DNA of 64,000 nucleotides from the human T2T-CHM13v2.0 reference genome, Homo sapiens: assembly GCF_009914755.1 (NCBI RefSeq), contig NC_060948.1. The stretch is one strand, 5' to 3'. Made by a program: the position numbers and the translations under genes. The notes below the pieces were generated by a model. It was given only the letters and a program-made list of their open reading frames with translations. It was not told the DNA's origin and did no database searches. The first letter of the stretch is position 1; each line of letters starts with the position of its first letter. Of this stretch, positions 42,063 to 57,000 are shown piece after piece.

Positions 42063-45000
42063 ATGGAGTGTTATGGAACCGACTCAAAAGGAATTGAATG
42101 TAATAGAATGGAGTGGAGTGGACTCGAATATAATGGACTGGAATGGAATGAAATCACATGGAATGGGAACGAATGGAATGGAATGGAAAGGAATGGAATC
42201 GAATGGAAAGGAATCGAATGGAAGGGAATGAAATTGAATCAACAGGAATGGAAGGGAGTAGAATACACGGTAATGGAATGGACTCGAATAGAATGGACAC
42301 GAATGCTCAAATTGAATGGACTCGAATGGAATGGAAACGAAAGGAATGTCATCGAATGGAATTGAATCGATTGGAATGAAATCACATAGAATGGAATGGA
42401 ATCAAATGGAATTGAATCGAAAGGAAAGGAAGCGAATGGACTGAAATGAAATGGAATGGAATTGAATGGAAATTAATGCAATGGAATAGAATGGAACGAA
42501 ATTTCACGGAATGGAATCAAACTGAATGGAATCAAATCAATGGAATATAATCAAATGGAATGGAAAGGAATTGAATGGAGTAGATTGGATTGGATGGGAT
42601 TGGAATGAAATGTACTGGAAAGGACTCGAATTTCATGAAACGGAATGGAATGAATTAGAACGGAATGGACTCGAATGGAATGGAATGTCATGGAATGGCA
42701 TCAAATGGAATGGAATCGAATGCGATGGAATGCTATGGAATGGAATGGAATGCATTGGAATGGAATGTCCTCTAATGGAATGTATTCGAGTGGAATGGAA
42801 TCGAATATAATGGAGTCTAATGAAATGGAATTGAAAGGAATGGGACCGAATACAATGGAATATACTGGAATGTAATGTAATGAACTCGAATGTAATTGAC
42901 TGGAATGGAATGTACATGAATGGAATGTAATCGAATGGAAAGCAATCCAATGGAATAGAATCTAATGCAATAAAATCGACTCAAATAGAGTAGAATGTAA
43001 TGGAATGGAGTGCAGTGCAATGGAATGGAATGGAATGGAATGCAATGGAATGGAATGGAATGGAATGGAATGGGATGGAATGGTATGGAATGGATAGTAA
43101 TGGACTGGAGTGAAATGGACTGGAAAAGAATGGACTCAAATTGAAAGGGCTCGAAAGGAATGGAGTCAAATGGAATGGACTGGAATGGAATGAACACGAA
43201 TGTAATGCAATCCAATAGAATGGAATCGAATGGCATGGAATATAAAGAAATGGAATCGAAGAGAATGGAAACAAATGGAATGGAATTGAATGGAATGGAA
43301 TTGAATGGAATGGGAACGAATGGAGTGAAATTTTATGCAGTAGAAGAGAATAGAATGGAATGCAAGCGAAAGGAAAGGAATGGATTGGAATGGAAAGGAA
43401 TTCATTGGAATGGAAGGGAATGTAGTGTAATGGACAGGCCTGGAATAAAGTGGAATGCTACGGTCTCGAATGGAATAAAAATGTATGGAATGGAATGCAA
43501 TGAAACGGAATCGAATGTCATAGAATGTAATGGAATGCAAAAAAATGGACTCCAAAATCATTGACTGGAAAGGCTGGGTGTCGAAAGGAATTGACTCCAA
43601 TGGAATGGAATCGAATGGAATGGAAGTGAATAGAATCGAACTAAATCGAATGGAATGGAATTGATAGGAACGGAATGGAAAGGAATGCAATGATTTGGCA
43701 TGGAATGGAATCGAATGGCATCGAATGGAATGCAATGGAATGCAATGGAATGGAATGTATTAGAATGTAATGAACTTTAATGGAATGTACTCGAATGGAT
43801 TCGACTGGAATGGAATGTTCTCGAAGTGAATGGACTCCAATGGAATGGATTCGAAAGGAATGGAATCTAATGGAATGGAATTAAATGGAAATGAATCAAA
43901 TTGAATAGAACGGAATTGAATTGAATGGAATCGAATGCAATGGAATCTAATGAAACGGAAAGGAAAGGAATGGAATGGATTGGAATGGAATGGGCTGGAA
44001 TGGAATGGAATCGAAACGAATGGAATGGAATCGAACTGAAGAGACTGGAATGGAATGCACTGGAATGGAAGGGAATGTAATGGAAGGTTCTCGAAAAAAA
44101 TGGAATCGAAAGGAATGGAATTGAATGGAACGGAATAGAGTCGAATGGAATTCAATGGAATGGAATGGACTAGAGTGAAATGGAATCGAACCACAAGGAA
44201 TGGACAGGAATAGAATGGTCTCGAATTGAATGGAATCGTATGGAATGGCATCAAACGGAATGGAATGGACAGCCACGGAATGGAATGGACACCCACGGAA
44301 TGGAATGCACTCGAATGCAATGGAGTCGACACTAATGGACTGGAATAGAATGGACTCGACTGGTACGGACTCCAATGGAATGGAATCGAATGGAAGGGAA
44401 TCGAACGGAATGGACTCGAAGGGAAAAGACTGCAATGGAAAGGTCTCGAATGGAATGGAAATTAATGGAATGGAATGGAATCGAATGAAATGGAGTCAAA
44501 AGGAATGGAATCGAATGGCAAGAAATCGAATGTAATGGAATCGCAAGGAATTGATGTGAACGGAACGGAATGGAATGGAATCCAAAGGAATGGAATAGAA
44601 TGGAATGGAATCGAATGGAAAGGACTCGAATGGAAATCACTCGAATAGAATGCAATTTAATAAAATAGGATCAAATGTAATGGAATGGAATGGAAAGGAA
44701 TCGAAACGAAAGGAATGGAGACAGATGGAATGGAATGGAACAGAGAGCAATGGTATAGAATGGAATGGAATCATCTGGAATGGAATTGAATGGAATGGAA
44801 TAATATGAAATGGAATGGAATGGAATGGAATGCCCTTGAATTAAATGGACTGGAATGGAATGGACTCGAACAGAGTGGAATGGAAAGTGTTGAAATAGAA
44901 TGGAATGGACTCGTTTGGAATGGTCTAGTATACAATGCAATCGACTGGCAGGGAATCAAAAGGAATGTAATCGAATGGATTGGACTGGAATGCAATGGAC

Positions 45001-48000
45001 TCGAATAGATTGGAAACGGAATGCAAAGGAATGGAATGGAATAGTATGGAATGGAATGGAAAGGAATGGAGTGGAATAGACTAGAGTGGAATGGAATGGA
45101 CTCGAAAGCAATGGACTGGAATGGAACTTTCTTGAATGGACTGGAATCAAACGGAATGGAATGCAATGCAATCAAATGGCATGGAATAAAATAGAATGAA
45201 AGAGAATCAAATGGAATTGAATCGAATGGAATCGAATGGATTGGAAAGGAATAGAGTGGAATGGAATGGAATTGACTCAAATGGAATGGACTAGATTGGA
45301 ATGGATTCGAATGGAAGGCAAAGGAATGGAATCTATTGGAATGGACTGTAATGGAATGGAATGGAAGGGATTGGAATGGACTCGAATGGAATGGACTGCA
45401 ATAGAAAGGATTCGAATGGAATGAAAAAGAATTGAATGGAATAGAACAGAATGGAATCAAATCGAATGAAATGGAATGGAATAGAAAGGAATGGAATGAA
45501 ATGGAATGGAAAGGATTCGAATGGAATGCAATCGAATGGAATGCAATCGAATGGAATGGAATCGAACGGAATGGAATAAAATGGAAGAAAACTGGCAAGA
45601 AATGGAATCGAAATGAACGGAGTGTTATGGAACGGACTCAAAAGGAATTGAATGTAATAGAATGGAGTGGAGTGGACTCGAATATAATGGACTGGAATGG
45701 AATGAAATCACATGGAATGGGAACGAATGGAATGGAATGGAAAGGAATGGAATCGAATGGAAAGGAATCGAATGGAAGGGAATGAAATTGAATCAACAGG
45801 AATGGAAGGGAGTAGAATAGACGGTAATGGAATGGACTCGAATAGAATGGACACGAATGCTCAAATTGAATGGACTCGAATGGAATGGAAACGAAAGGAA
45901 TGTCATCGAATGGAATTGAATCGATTGGAATGAAATCACATAGAATGGAGTGGAATCAAATGGAATTGAATCGAAAGGAAAGGAAGCGAATGGACTGAAA
46001 TGAAATGGAATGGAATTGAATGGAAATTAATGCAATGGAATAGAATGGAACGAAATTTCACGGAATGGAATCAAACTGAATGGAATCAAATCAATGGAAT
46101 ATAATCAAATGGAATGGAAAGGAATTGAATGGAGTAGATTGGATTGGATGGGATTGGAATGAAATGTACTGGAAAGGACTCGAATTTCATGAAACGGAAT
46201 GGAATGAATTAGAACGGAATGGACTCGAATGGAATGGAATGTCATGGAATGGCATCAAATGGAATGGAATCGAATGCAATGGAATGCTATGGAATGGAAT
46301 GGAATGCATTGGAATGGAATGTCCTCTAATGGAATGTATTCGAGTGGAATGGAATCGAATATAATGGAGTCTAATGAAAGGGAATTGAAAGGAATGGGAC
46401 CGAATACAATGGAATATACTGGAATGTAATGTAATGAACTCGAATGTAATTGACTGGAATGGAATGTACATGAATGGAATGTAATCGAATGGAAAGCAAT
46501 CCAATGGAATAGAATCTAATGCAATAAAATCGACTCAAATAGAGTAGAATGTAATGGAATGGAGTGCAGTGCAATGGAATGGAATGGAATGGAATGCAAT
46601 GGAATGGAAAGGAATGGAATGGAATGGAATGGGATGAAATGGTATGGAATGGATAGTAATGGACTGGAGTGAAATGGACTGGAAAAGAATGGACTCAAAT
46701 TGAAAGGGCTCGAAAGGAATGGAGTCAAATGGAATGGTCTGGAATGGAATGAACACGAATGTAATGCAATCCAATAGAATGGAATCGAATGGCATGGAAT
46801 ATAAAGAAATGGAATCGAAGAGAATGGAAACAAATGGAATGGAATTGAATGGAATGGAATTGAATGGAATGGGAACGAATGGAGTGAAATTGTATGCAGT
46901 AGAAGAGAATAGAATGGAATGCAAGCGAAAGGAAAGGAATGGATTGGAATGGAATGGAATTCATTGGAATGGAAGGGAATGTAGTGTAATGGACAGGCCT
47001 GGAATAAAGTGGAATGCTACGGTCTCGAATGGAATAAAAATGTATGGAATGGAATGCAATGAAACGGAATCGAATGTCATAGAAGTAATGGAATGCAAAA
47101 AAATGGACTCCAAAATCATTGACTGGAAAGGCTGGGTGTCGAAAGGAATTGACTCCAATGGAATGGAATCGAATGGAATGGAAGTGAATAGAATGGAACT
47201 AAATCGAATGGAATGGAATTGATAGGAACGGAATGGAAAGGAATGCAATGATTTGGCATGGAATGGAATCGAATGGCATCGAATGGAATGGAATGGAATG
47301 CAATGGAATGGAATGTATTAGAATGTAATGAACTTTAATGGAATGTACTCGAATGGATTCGACTGGAATGGAATGTTCTCGAAGTGAATGGACTCCAATG
47401 GAATGGATTCGAAAGGAATGGAATCTAATGGAATGGAATTAAATGGAAATGAATCAAATTGAATAGAACGGAATTGAATTGAATGGAATCGAATGCAATG
47501 GAATTTAATGAAACGGAAAGGAAAGGAATGGAATGGATTGGAATGGAATGGGCTGGAATGGAATGGAATCGAAACGAATGGAATGGAATCGAACTGAAGA
47601 GACTGGAATGGAATGCACTGGAATGGAAGGGAATGTAATGGAAGGTTCTCGAAAAAAATGGAATCGAAAGGAATGGAATTGAATGGAACGGAATAGAGTC
47701 GAATGGAATTCAATGGAATGGAATGGAATAGAGTGAAATGGAATCGAACCACAAGGAATGGACAGGAATAGAATGGTCTCGAATTGAATGGAATCGTATG
47801 GAATGGCATCAATCGGAATGGAATGGACAGCCACGGAATGGAATGGACAGCCACGGAATGGAATGCACTCGAATGCAATGGAGTCGACACTAGTGGACTG
47901 GAATAGAATGGACTCGACTGATACGGACTCCAATGGAATGGAATCGAATGGAAAGGAATCGAACGGAATGGACTCGAAGGGAAAAGACTGAAATGGAAAG

Positions 48001-51000
48001 GTCTCCAATGGAATGGAAATTAATGGAATGGAATGGAATCGAATGAAATGGAGTCAAAAGGAATGGAATCGAATGGCAAGAAATCGAATGTAATGGAATC
48101 GCAAGGAATTGATGTGAACGGAACGGAATGGAATGGAATCCAAAGGAATGGAATAGAATGGAATGGAATCGAATGGAAAGGACTCGAATGGAAATCACTC
48201 GAATAGAATGCAATTTAATAAAATAGGATCAAATGTAATGGAATGGAATGGAAAGGAATCGAAACGAAAGGAATGGAGACAGATGGAATGGAATGGAACA
48301 GAGAGCAATGGTATAGAATGGAATGGAATCATCTGGAATGGAATTGAATTTAATGGAATAATATGAAATGGTAAGGAATGGAATGGAATGCCCTTGAATT
48401 AAATGGACTGGAATGGAATGGACTCGAACAGAGTGGAATGGAAAGTGTTGAAATAGAATGGAATGGACTCGTTTGGAATGGTCTAGTATGCAATGCAATC
48501 GACTGGCAGGGAATCAAAAGGAATGTAATCGAATGGATTGGACTGGAATGCAATGGACTCGAATAGATTGGAAACGGAAAGCAAAGGATTGGAATGGAAT
48601 AGTATGGAATGGAATGGAAAGTAATGGAGTGGAATAGACTAGAGTGGAATGGAATGGACTCGAAAGCAATGGACTGGAATGGAACTTTATTGAATGGACT
48701 GGAATCAAACGGAATGGAATGCAATGCAATCAAATGGCATGGAATAAAATAGAATGAAAGAGAATCAAACGGAATTGAATCGAATGGAATCGAATGGATT
48801 GGAAAGGAATAGAATGGAATGGAATGGAATTGACTCAAATGGAATGGACTAGAATGGAATGGATTCGAATGGAAGGCAAAGGAATGGAATCTATTGGAAT
48901 GGACTGTAATGGAATGGAATGGAAGGGATTGGAATGGACTCGAATGGAATGGACTGCAATAGAAAGGATTCGAATGGAATGAAAAAGAATTGAATGGAAT
49001 AGAACAGAATGGAATCAAATCGAATGAAATGGAATGGAATAGAAAGGAATGGAATGAAATGGAATGGAAACGATTCGAATGGAATGCAATCGAATGGAAT
49101 GCAATCGAATGGAATGGAATCGAACGGAATGGAATAAAATGGAAGAAAACTGGCAAGAAATGGAGTCGAAATGAATGGAGTGTTATGGAACCGACTCAAA
49201 AGGAATTGAATGTAATAGAATGGAGTGGAGTGGACTCGAATATAATGGACTGGAATGGAATGAAATCACATGGAATGGGAACGAATGGAATGGAATGGAA
49301 AGGAATGGAATCGAATGGAAAGGAATCGAATGGAAGGGAATGAAATTGAATCAACAGGAATGGAAGGGAGTAGAATAGACGGTAATGGAATGGATTCGGA
49401 TAGAATGGACACGAATGCTCAAATTGAATGGACTCGAATGGAATGGAAACGAAAGGAATGTCATCGAATGGAATTGAATCGATTGGAATGAAATCACATA
49501 GAATGGAGTGGAATCAAATGGAATTGAATCGAAAGGAAAGGAAGCGAATGGACTGAAATGAAATGGAATGGAATTGAATGGAAATTCATGCAATGGAATA
49601 GAATGGAACGAAATTTCACGGAATGGAATCAAACTGAATGGAATCAAATCAATGGAATATAATCAAATGGAATGGAAAGGAATTGAATGGAGTAGATTGG
49701 ATTGGATGGGATTGGAATGAAATGTACTGGAAAGGACTCGAATTTCATGAAACGGAATGGAATGAATTAGAACGGAATGGACTCGAATGGAATGGAATGT
49801 CATGGAATGGCATCAAATGGAATGGAATCGATTGCGATGGAATGCTATGGAATGGAATGGAATGCATTGGAATGGAATGTCCTCTAATGGAATGTATTCG
49901 AGTGGAATGGAATCGAATATAATGGAGTCTAATGAAAGGGAATTGAAAGGAATGGGACCGAATACAATGGAATATACTGGAATGTAATGTAATGAACTCG
50001 AATGTAATTGACTGGAATGGAATGTACATGAATGGAATGTAATCGAATGGAAAGCAATCCAATGGAATAGAATCTAATGCAATAAAATCGACTCAAGTAG
50101 AGTAGAATGTAATGGAATGGAGTGCAGTGCAATGGAATGGAATGGAATGGAATGCAATGGAATGGAATGGAATGGAATGGAATGGAATGGGATGGAATGG
50201 TATGGAATGGATAGTAATGGACTGGAGTGAAATGGACTGGAAAAGAATGGACTCAAATTGAAAGGGCTCGAAAGGAATGGAGTCAAATGGAATGGTCTGG
50301 AATGGAATGAACATGAATGTAATGCAATCCAATAGAATGGAATCGAATGGCATGGAATATAAAGAAATGGAATCGAAGAGAATGGAAACAAATGGAATGG
50401 AATTGAATGGAATGGAATTGAATGGAATGGGAACGAATGGAGTGAAATTGTATGCAGTAGAAGAGAATAGAATGGAATGCAAGCGAAAGGAAAGGAATGG
50501 ATTGGAATGGAATGGAATTCATTGGAATGGAAGGGAATGTAGTGTAATGGACAGGCCTGGAATAAAGTGGAATGCTACGGTCTCGAATGGAATAAAAATG
50601 TATGGAATGGAATGCAATGAAACGGAATCGAATGTCATAGAATGTAATGGAATGCAAAAAAATGGAATCCAAAATCATTGACTGGAAAGGCTGGGTGTCG
50701 AAAGGAATTGACTCCAATGGAATGGAATCGAATGGAATGGAAGTGAATAGAATGGAACTAAATCGAATGGAATGGAATTGATAGGAACGGAATGGAAAGG
50801 AATGCAATGATTTGGCATGGAATGGAATCGAATGGCATCGAATGGAATGGAATGGAATGCAATGGAATGGAATGTATTAGAATGTAATGAACTTTAATGG
50901 AATGTACTCGAATGGATTCGACTGGAATGGAATGTTCTCGAAGTGAATGGACTCCAATGGAATGGATTCGAAAGGAATGGAATCTAATGGAATGGAATTA

Positions 51001-54000
51001 AATGGAAATGAATCAAATTGAATAGAAAGGAATTGAATTGAATGGAATCGAATGCAATGGAATCTAATGAAACGGAAAGGAAAGGAATGGAATGGATTGG
51101 AATGGAATGGGCTGGAATGGAATGGAATCGAAACGAATGGAATGGAATCGAACTGAAGAGACTGGAATGGAATGCACTGGAATGGAAGGGAATGTAATGG
51201 AAGGTTCTCGAAAAAAATGGAATCGAAAGGAATGGAATTGAATGGAACGGAATAGAGTCGAATGGAATTGAATGGAATGGAATGGACTAGAGTGAAATGG
51301 AATCGAACCACAAGGAATGGACAGGAATAGAATGGTCTCGAATTGAATGGAATCGTATGGAATGGCATCAAACGGAATGGAATGGACAGCCACGGAATGG
51401 AATGGACACCCACGGAATGGAATGCACTCGAATGCAATGGAGTCGACACTAATGGACTGAATAGAATGGACTCGACTGGTACGGACTCCAATGGAATGGA
51501 ATCGAATGGAAGGGAATCGAACGGAATGGACTCGAAGGGAAAAGACTGCAATGGAAAGGTCTCCAATGGAATGGAAATTAATGGAATGGAATGGAATCGA
51601 ATGAAATGGAGTCAAAAGGAATGGAATCGAATGGCAAGAAATCGAATGTAATGGAATCGCAAGGAATGGATGTGAACGGAACGGAATGGAATGGAATCCA
51701 AAGGAATGGAATAGAATGGAATGGAATCGAATGGAAAGGACTCGAATGGAAATCACTCGAATAGAATGCAATTTAATAAAATAGGATCAAATGTAATGGA
51801 ATGGAATGGAAAGGAATCGAAACGAAAGGAATGGAGACAGATGGAATGGAATGGAACAGAGAGCAATGGTATAGAATGGAATGGAATCATCTGGAATGGA
51901 ATTGAATGGAATGGAATAATATGAAATGGAATGGAATGGAATGGAATGCCCTTGAATTAAATGGACTGGAATGGAATGGACTCGAACAGAGTGGAATGGA
52001 AAGTGTTGAAATAGAATGGAATGGACTCGTTTGGAATGGTCTAGTATGCAATGCAATCGACTGGCAGGGAATCAAAAGGAATGTAATCGAATGGATTGGA
52101 CTGGAATGCAATGGACTCGAATAGATTGGAAACGGAAAGCAAAGGAATGGAATGGAATAGTATGGAATGGAATGGAAGGAATGGAGTGGAATAGACTAGA
52201 GTGGAATGGAATGGACTCGAAAGCAATGGACTGGAATGGAACTTTCTTGAATGGACTGGAATCAAACGGAATGGAATGCAATGCAATCAAATGGCATGGA
52301 ATAAAATAGAATGAAAGAGAATCAAATGGAATTGAATCGAATGGAATCGAATGGATTGGAAAGGAATAGAATGGAATGGAATGGAATTGACTCAAATGGA
52401 ATGGACTAGAATGGAATGGATTCGAATGGAAGTCAAAGGAATGGAATCTATTGGAATGGACTGTAATGGAATGGAATGGAAGGGATTGGAATGGACTCGA
52501 ATGGAATGGACTGCCATAGAAAGGATTCGAATGGAATGAAAAAGAATTGAATGGAATAGAACAGAATGGAATCAAATCGAATGAAATGGAATGGAATAGA
52601 AAGGAATGGAATGAAATGGAATGGAAAGGATTCGAATGGAATGCAATCGAATGGAATGCAATCGAGTGGAATGGAATCGAACGGAATGGAATAAAATGGA
52701 AGAAAACTGGCAAGAAATGGAATCGAAATGAATGGAGTGTTATGGAACGGACTCAAAAGGAATTGAATGTAATAGAATGGAGTGGAGTGGACTCGAATAT
52801 AATGGACTGGAATGGAATGAAATCACATGGAATGGGAACGAATGGAATGGAATGGAAAGGAATGGAATCGAATGGAAAGGAATCGAATGGAAGGGAATGA
52901 AATTGAATCAACAGGAATGGAAGGGAGTAGAATAGACGGTAATGGAATGGACTCGAATAGAATGGACACGAATGCTCAAATTGAATGGACTCGAATGGAA
53001 TGGAAACGAAAGGAATGTCATCGAATGGAATTGAATCGATTGGAATGAAATCACATAGAATGGAGTGGAATCAAATGGAATTGAATCGAAAGGAAAGGAA
53101 GCGAATGGACTGAAATGAAATGGAATGGAATTGAATGGAAATTAATGCAATGGAATAGAATGGAACGAAATTTCACGGAATGGAATCAAACTGAATGGAA
53201 TCAAATCAATGGAATATAATCAAATGGAATGGAAAGGAATTGAATGGAGTAGATTGGATTGGATGGGATTGGAATGAAATGTACTGGAAAGGACTCGAAT
53301 TTCATGAAACGGAATGGAATGAATTAGAACGGAATGGACTCGAATGGAATGGAATGTCATGGAATGGCATCAAAAGGAATGGAATCAATTGCGATGGAAT
53401 GCTATGGAATGGAATGGAATGCATTGGAATGGAATGTCCTCTAATGGAATGTATTCGAGTGGAATGGAATCGAATATAATGGAGTCTAATGAAAGGGAAT
53501 TGAAAGGAATGGGACCGAATACAATGGAATATACTGGAATGTAATGTAATGAACTCGAATGTAATTGACTGGAATGGAATGTACATGAATGGAATGTAAT
53601 CGAATGGAAAGCAATCCAATGGAATAGAATCTAATGCAATAAAATGGACTCAAATAGAGTAGAATGTAATGGAATGGAGTGCAGTGCAATGGAATGGAAT
53701 GGAATGGAATGCAATGGAATGGAATGGAATGGAATGGAATGGGATGGAATGGTATGGAATGGATAGTAATGGACTGGAGTGAAATGGACTGGAAAAGAAT
53801 GGACTCAAATTGAAAGGGCTCGAAAGGAATGGAGTCAAATGGAATGGTCTGGAATGGAATGAACACGAATGTAATGCAATCCAATAGAATGGAATCGAAT
53901 GGCATGGAATATAAAGAAATGGAATCGAAGAGAAAGGAAACAAATGGAATGGAATTGAATGGAATGGGAACGAATGGAGTGAAATTGTATGCAGTAGAAG

Positions 54001-57000
54001 AGAATAGAATGGAATGCAAGCGAAAGGAAAGGAATGGATTGGAATGGAATGGAATTCATTGGAATGGAAGGGAATGTAGTGTAATGGACAGGCCTGGAAT
54101 AAAGTGGAATGCTACGGTCTCGAATGGAATAAAAATGTATGGAATGGAATGCAATGAAACGGAATCGAATGTCATAGAATGTAATGGAATGCAAAAAAAT
54201 GGAATCCAAAATCATTGACTGGAAAGGCTGGGTGTCGAAAGGAATTGACTCCAATGGAATGGAATCGAATGGAATGGAAGTGAATAGAATCGAACTAAAT
54301 CGAATGGAATGGAATTGATAGGAACGGAATGGAAAGGAATGCAATGATTTGGCATGGAATGGAATCGAATGGCATCGAATGGAATGGAATGGAATGCAAT
54401 GGAATGGAATGTATTAGAATGTAATGAACTTTAATGGAATGTACTCGAATGGATTCGACTGGAATGGAATGTTCTCGAAGTGAATGGACTCCAATGGAAT
54501 GGATTCGAAAGGAATGGAATCTAATGGAATGGAATTAAATGGAAATGAATCAAATTGAATAGAACGGAATTGAATTGAATGGAATCGAATGCAATGGAAT
54601 CTAATGAAACGGAAAGGAAAGGAATGGAATGGATTGGAATGGAATGGGCTGGAATGGAATGGAATCGAAACGAATGGAATGGAATCGAACTGAAGAGACT
54701 GGAATGGAATGCACTGGAATGGAAGGGAATGTAATGGAAGGTTCTCGAAAAAAATAGAATCGAAAGGAATGGAATTGAATGGAACGGAATAGAGTCGAAT
54801 GGAATTCAATGGAATGGAATGGACTAGAGTCAAATGGAATCGAACCACAAGGAATGGACAGGAATAGAATGGTCTCGAATTGAATGGAATCGTATGGAAT
54901 GGCATCAATCGGAATGGAATGGACAGCCACGGAATGGAATGGACACCCACGGAATGGAATGCACTCGAATGCAATGGAGTCGACACTAATGGACTGGAAT
55001 AGAATGGACTCGACTGATACGGACTCCAATGGAATGGAATCGAATGGAAGGGAATCGAACGGAATGGACTCGAAGGAAAAAGACTGCAATGGAAAGGTCT
55101 CCAATGGAATGGAAATTAATGGAATGGAATGGAATCGAATGAAATGGAGTCAAAAGGAATGAGATCGAATGGCAAGAAATCGAATGTGATGGAATCGCAA
55201 GGAATTGATGTGAACGGAACGGAATGGAATGGAATCCAAAGGAATGGAATAGAATGGAATGGAATCGAATGGAAAGGACTCGAATGGACATCACTCGAAT
55301 AGAATGCAATTTAATAAAATAGGATCAAATGTAATGGAATGGAATGGAAAGGAATCGAAACGAAAGGAATGGAGACAGATGGAATGGAATGGAACTGAGA
55401 GCAATGGTATAGAATGGAATGGAATCATCTGGAATGGAATTGAATGGAATGGAATAATATGAAATGGAAAGGAATGGAATGGAATGCCCTTGAATTAAAT
55501 GGACTGGAATGGAATGGACTCGAACAGAGTGGAATGGAAAGTGTTGAAATAGAATGGAATGGACTCGTTTGGAATGGTCTAGTATGCAATGCAATCGACT
55601 GGCAGGGAATCAAAAGGAATGTAATCGAATGGATTGGACTGGAATGCAATGGACTCGAATAGATTGGAAACGGAATGCAAAGGAATGGAATGGAATAGTA
55701 TGGAATGGAATGGAAAGGAATGGAGTGGAATAGACTAGAGTGGAATGGAATGGACTCGAAAGCAATGGACTGGAATGGAACTTTCTTGAATGGACTGGAA
55801 TCAAACGGAATGGAATGCAATGCAATCAAATGGCATGGAATAAAATAGAATGAAAGAGAATGAAATGGAATTGAATCGAATGGAATCGAATGGATTGGAA
55901 AGGAATAGAATGGAATGGAATGGAATTGACTCAAATGGAATGGACTAGAATGGAATGGATTCGAATGGAAGGCAAAGGAATGGAATCTATTGGAATGGAC
56001 TGTAATGGAATGGAATGGAAGGGATTGGAATGGACTCGAATGGAATGGACTGCAATAGAAAGGATTCGAATGGAATGAAAAAGAATTGAATGGAATAGAA
56101 CAGAATGGAATCAAATCGAATGAAATGGAATGGAATAGAAAGGAATGGAATGAAATGGAATGGAAAGGATTCGAATGGAATGCAATCGAATGGAATGCAA
56201 TCGAATGGAATGGAATCGAACGGAATGGAATAAAATGGAAGAAAACTGGCAAGAAATGGAGTCGAAATGAATGGAGTGTTATGGAACCGACTCAAAAGGA
56301 ATTGAATGTAATAGAATGGAGTGGAGTGGACTCGAATATAATGGACTGGAATGGAATGAAATCACATGGAATGGGAACGAATGGAATGGAATGGAAAGGA
56401 ATGGAATCGAATGGAAAGGAATCGAATGGAAGGGAATGAAATTGAATCAACAGGAATGGAAGGGAGTAGAATAGACGGTAATGGAATGGACTCGAATAGA
56501 ATGGACACGAATGCTCAAATTGAATGGACTCGAATGGAATGGAAACGAAAGGAATGTCATCGAATGGAATTGAATCGATTGGAATGAAATCACATAGAAT
56601 GGAGTGGAATCAAATGGAATTGAATCGAAAGGAAAGGAAGCGAATGGACTGAAATGAAATGGAATGGAATTGAATGGAAATTAATGCAATGGAATAGAAT
56701 GGAACGAAATTTCACGGAATGGAATCAAACTGAATGGAATCAAATCAATGGAATATAATCAAATGGAATGGAAAGGAATTGAATGGAGTAGATTGGATTG
56801 GATGGGATTGGAATGAAATGTACTGGAAAGGACTCGAATTTCATGAAACGGAATGGAATGAATTAGAACGGAATGGACTCGAATGGAATGGAATGTCATG
56901 GAATGGCATCAAATGGAATGGAATCGAATGCGATGGAATGCTATGGAATGGAATGGAATGCATTGGAATGGAATGTCCTCTAATGGAATGTATTCGAGTG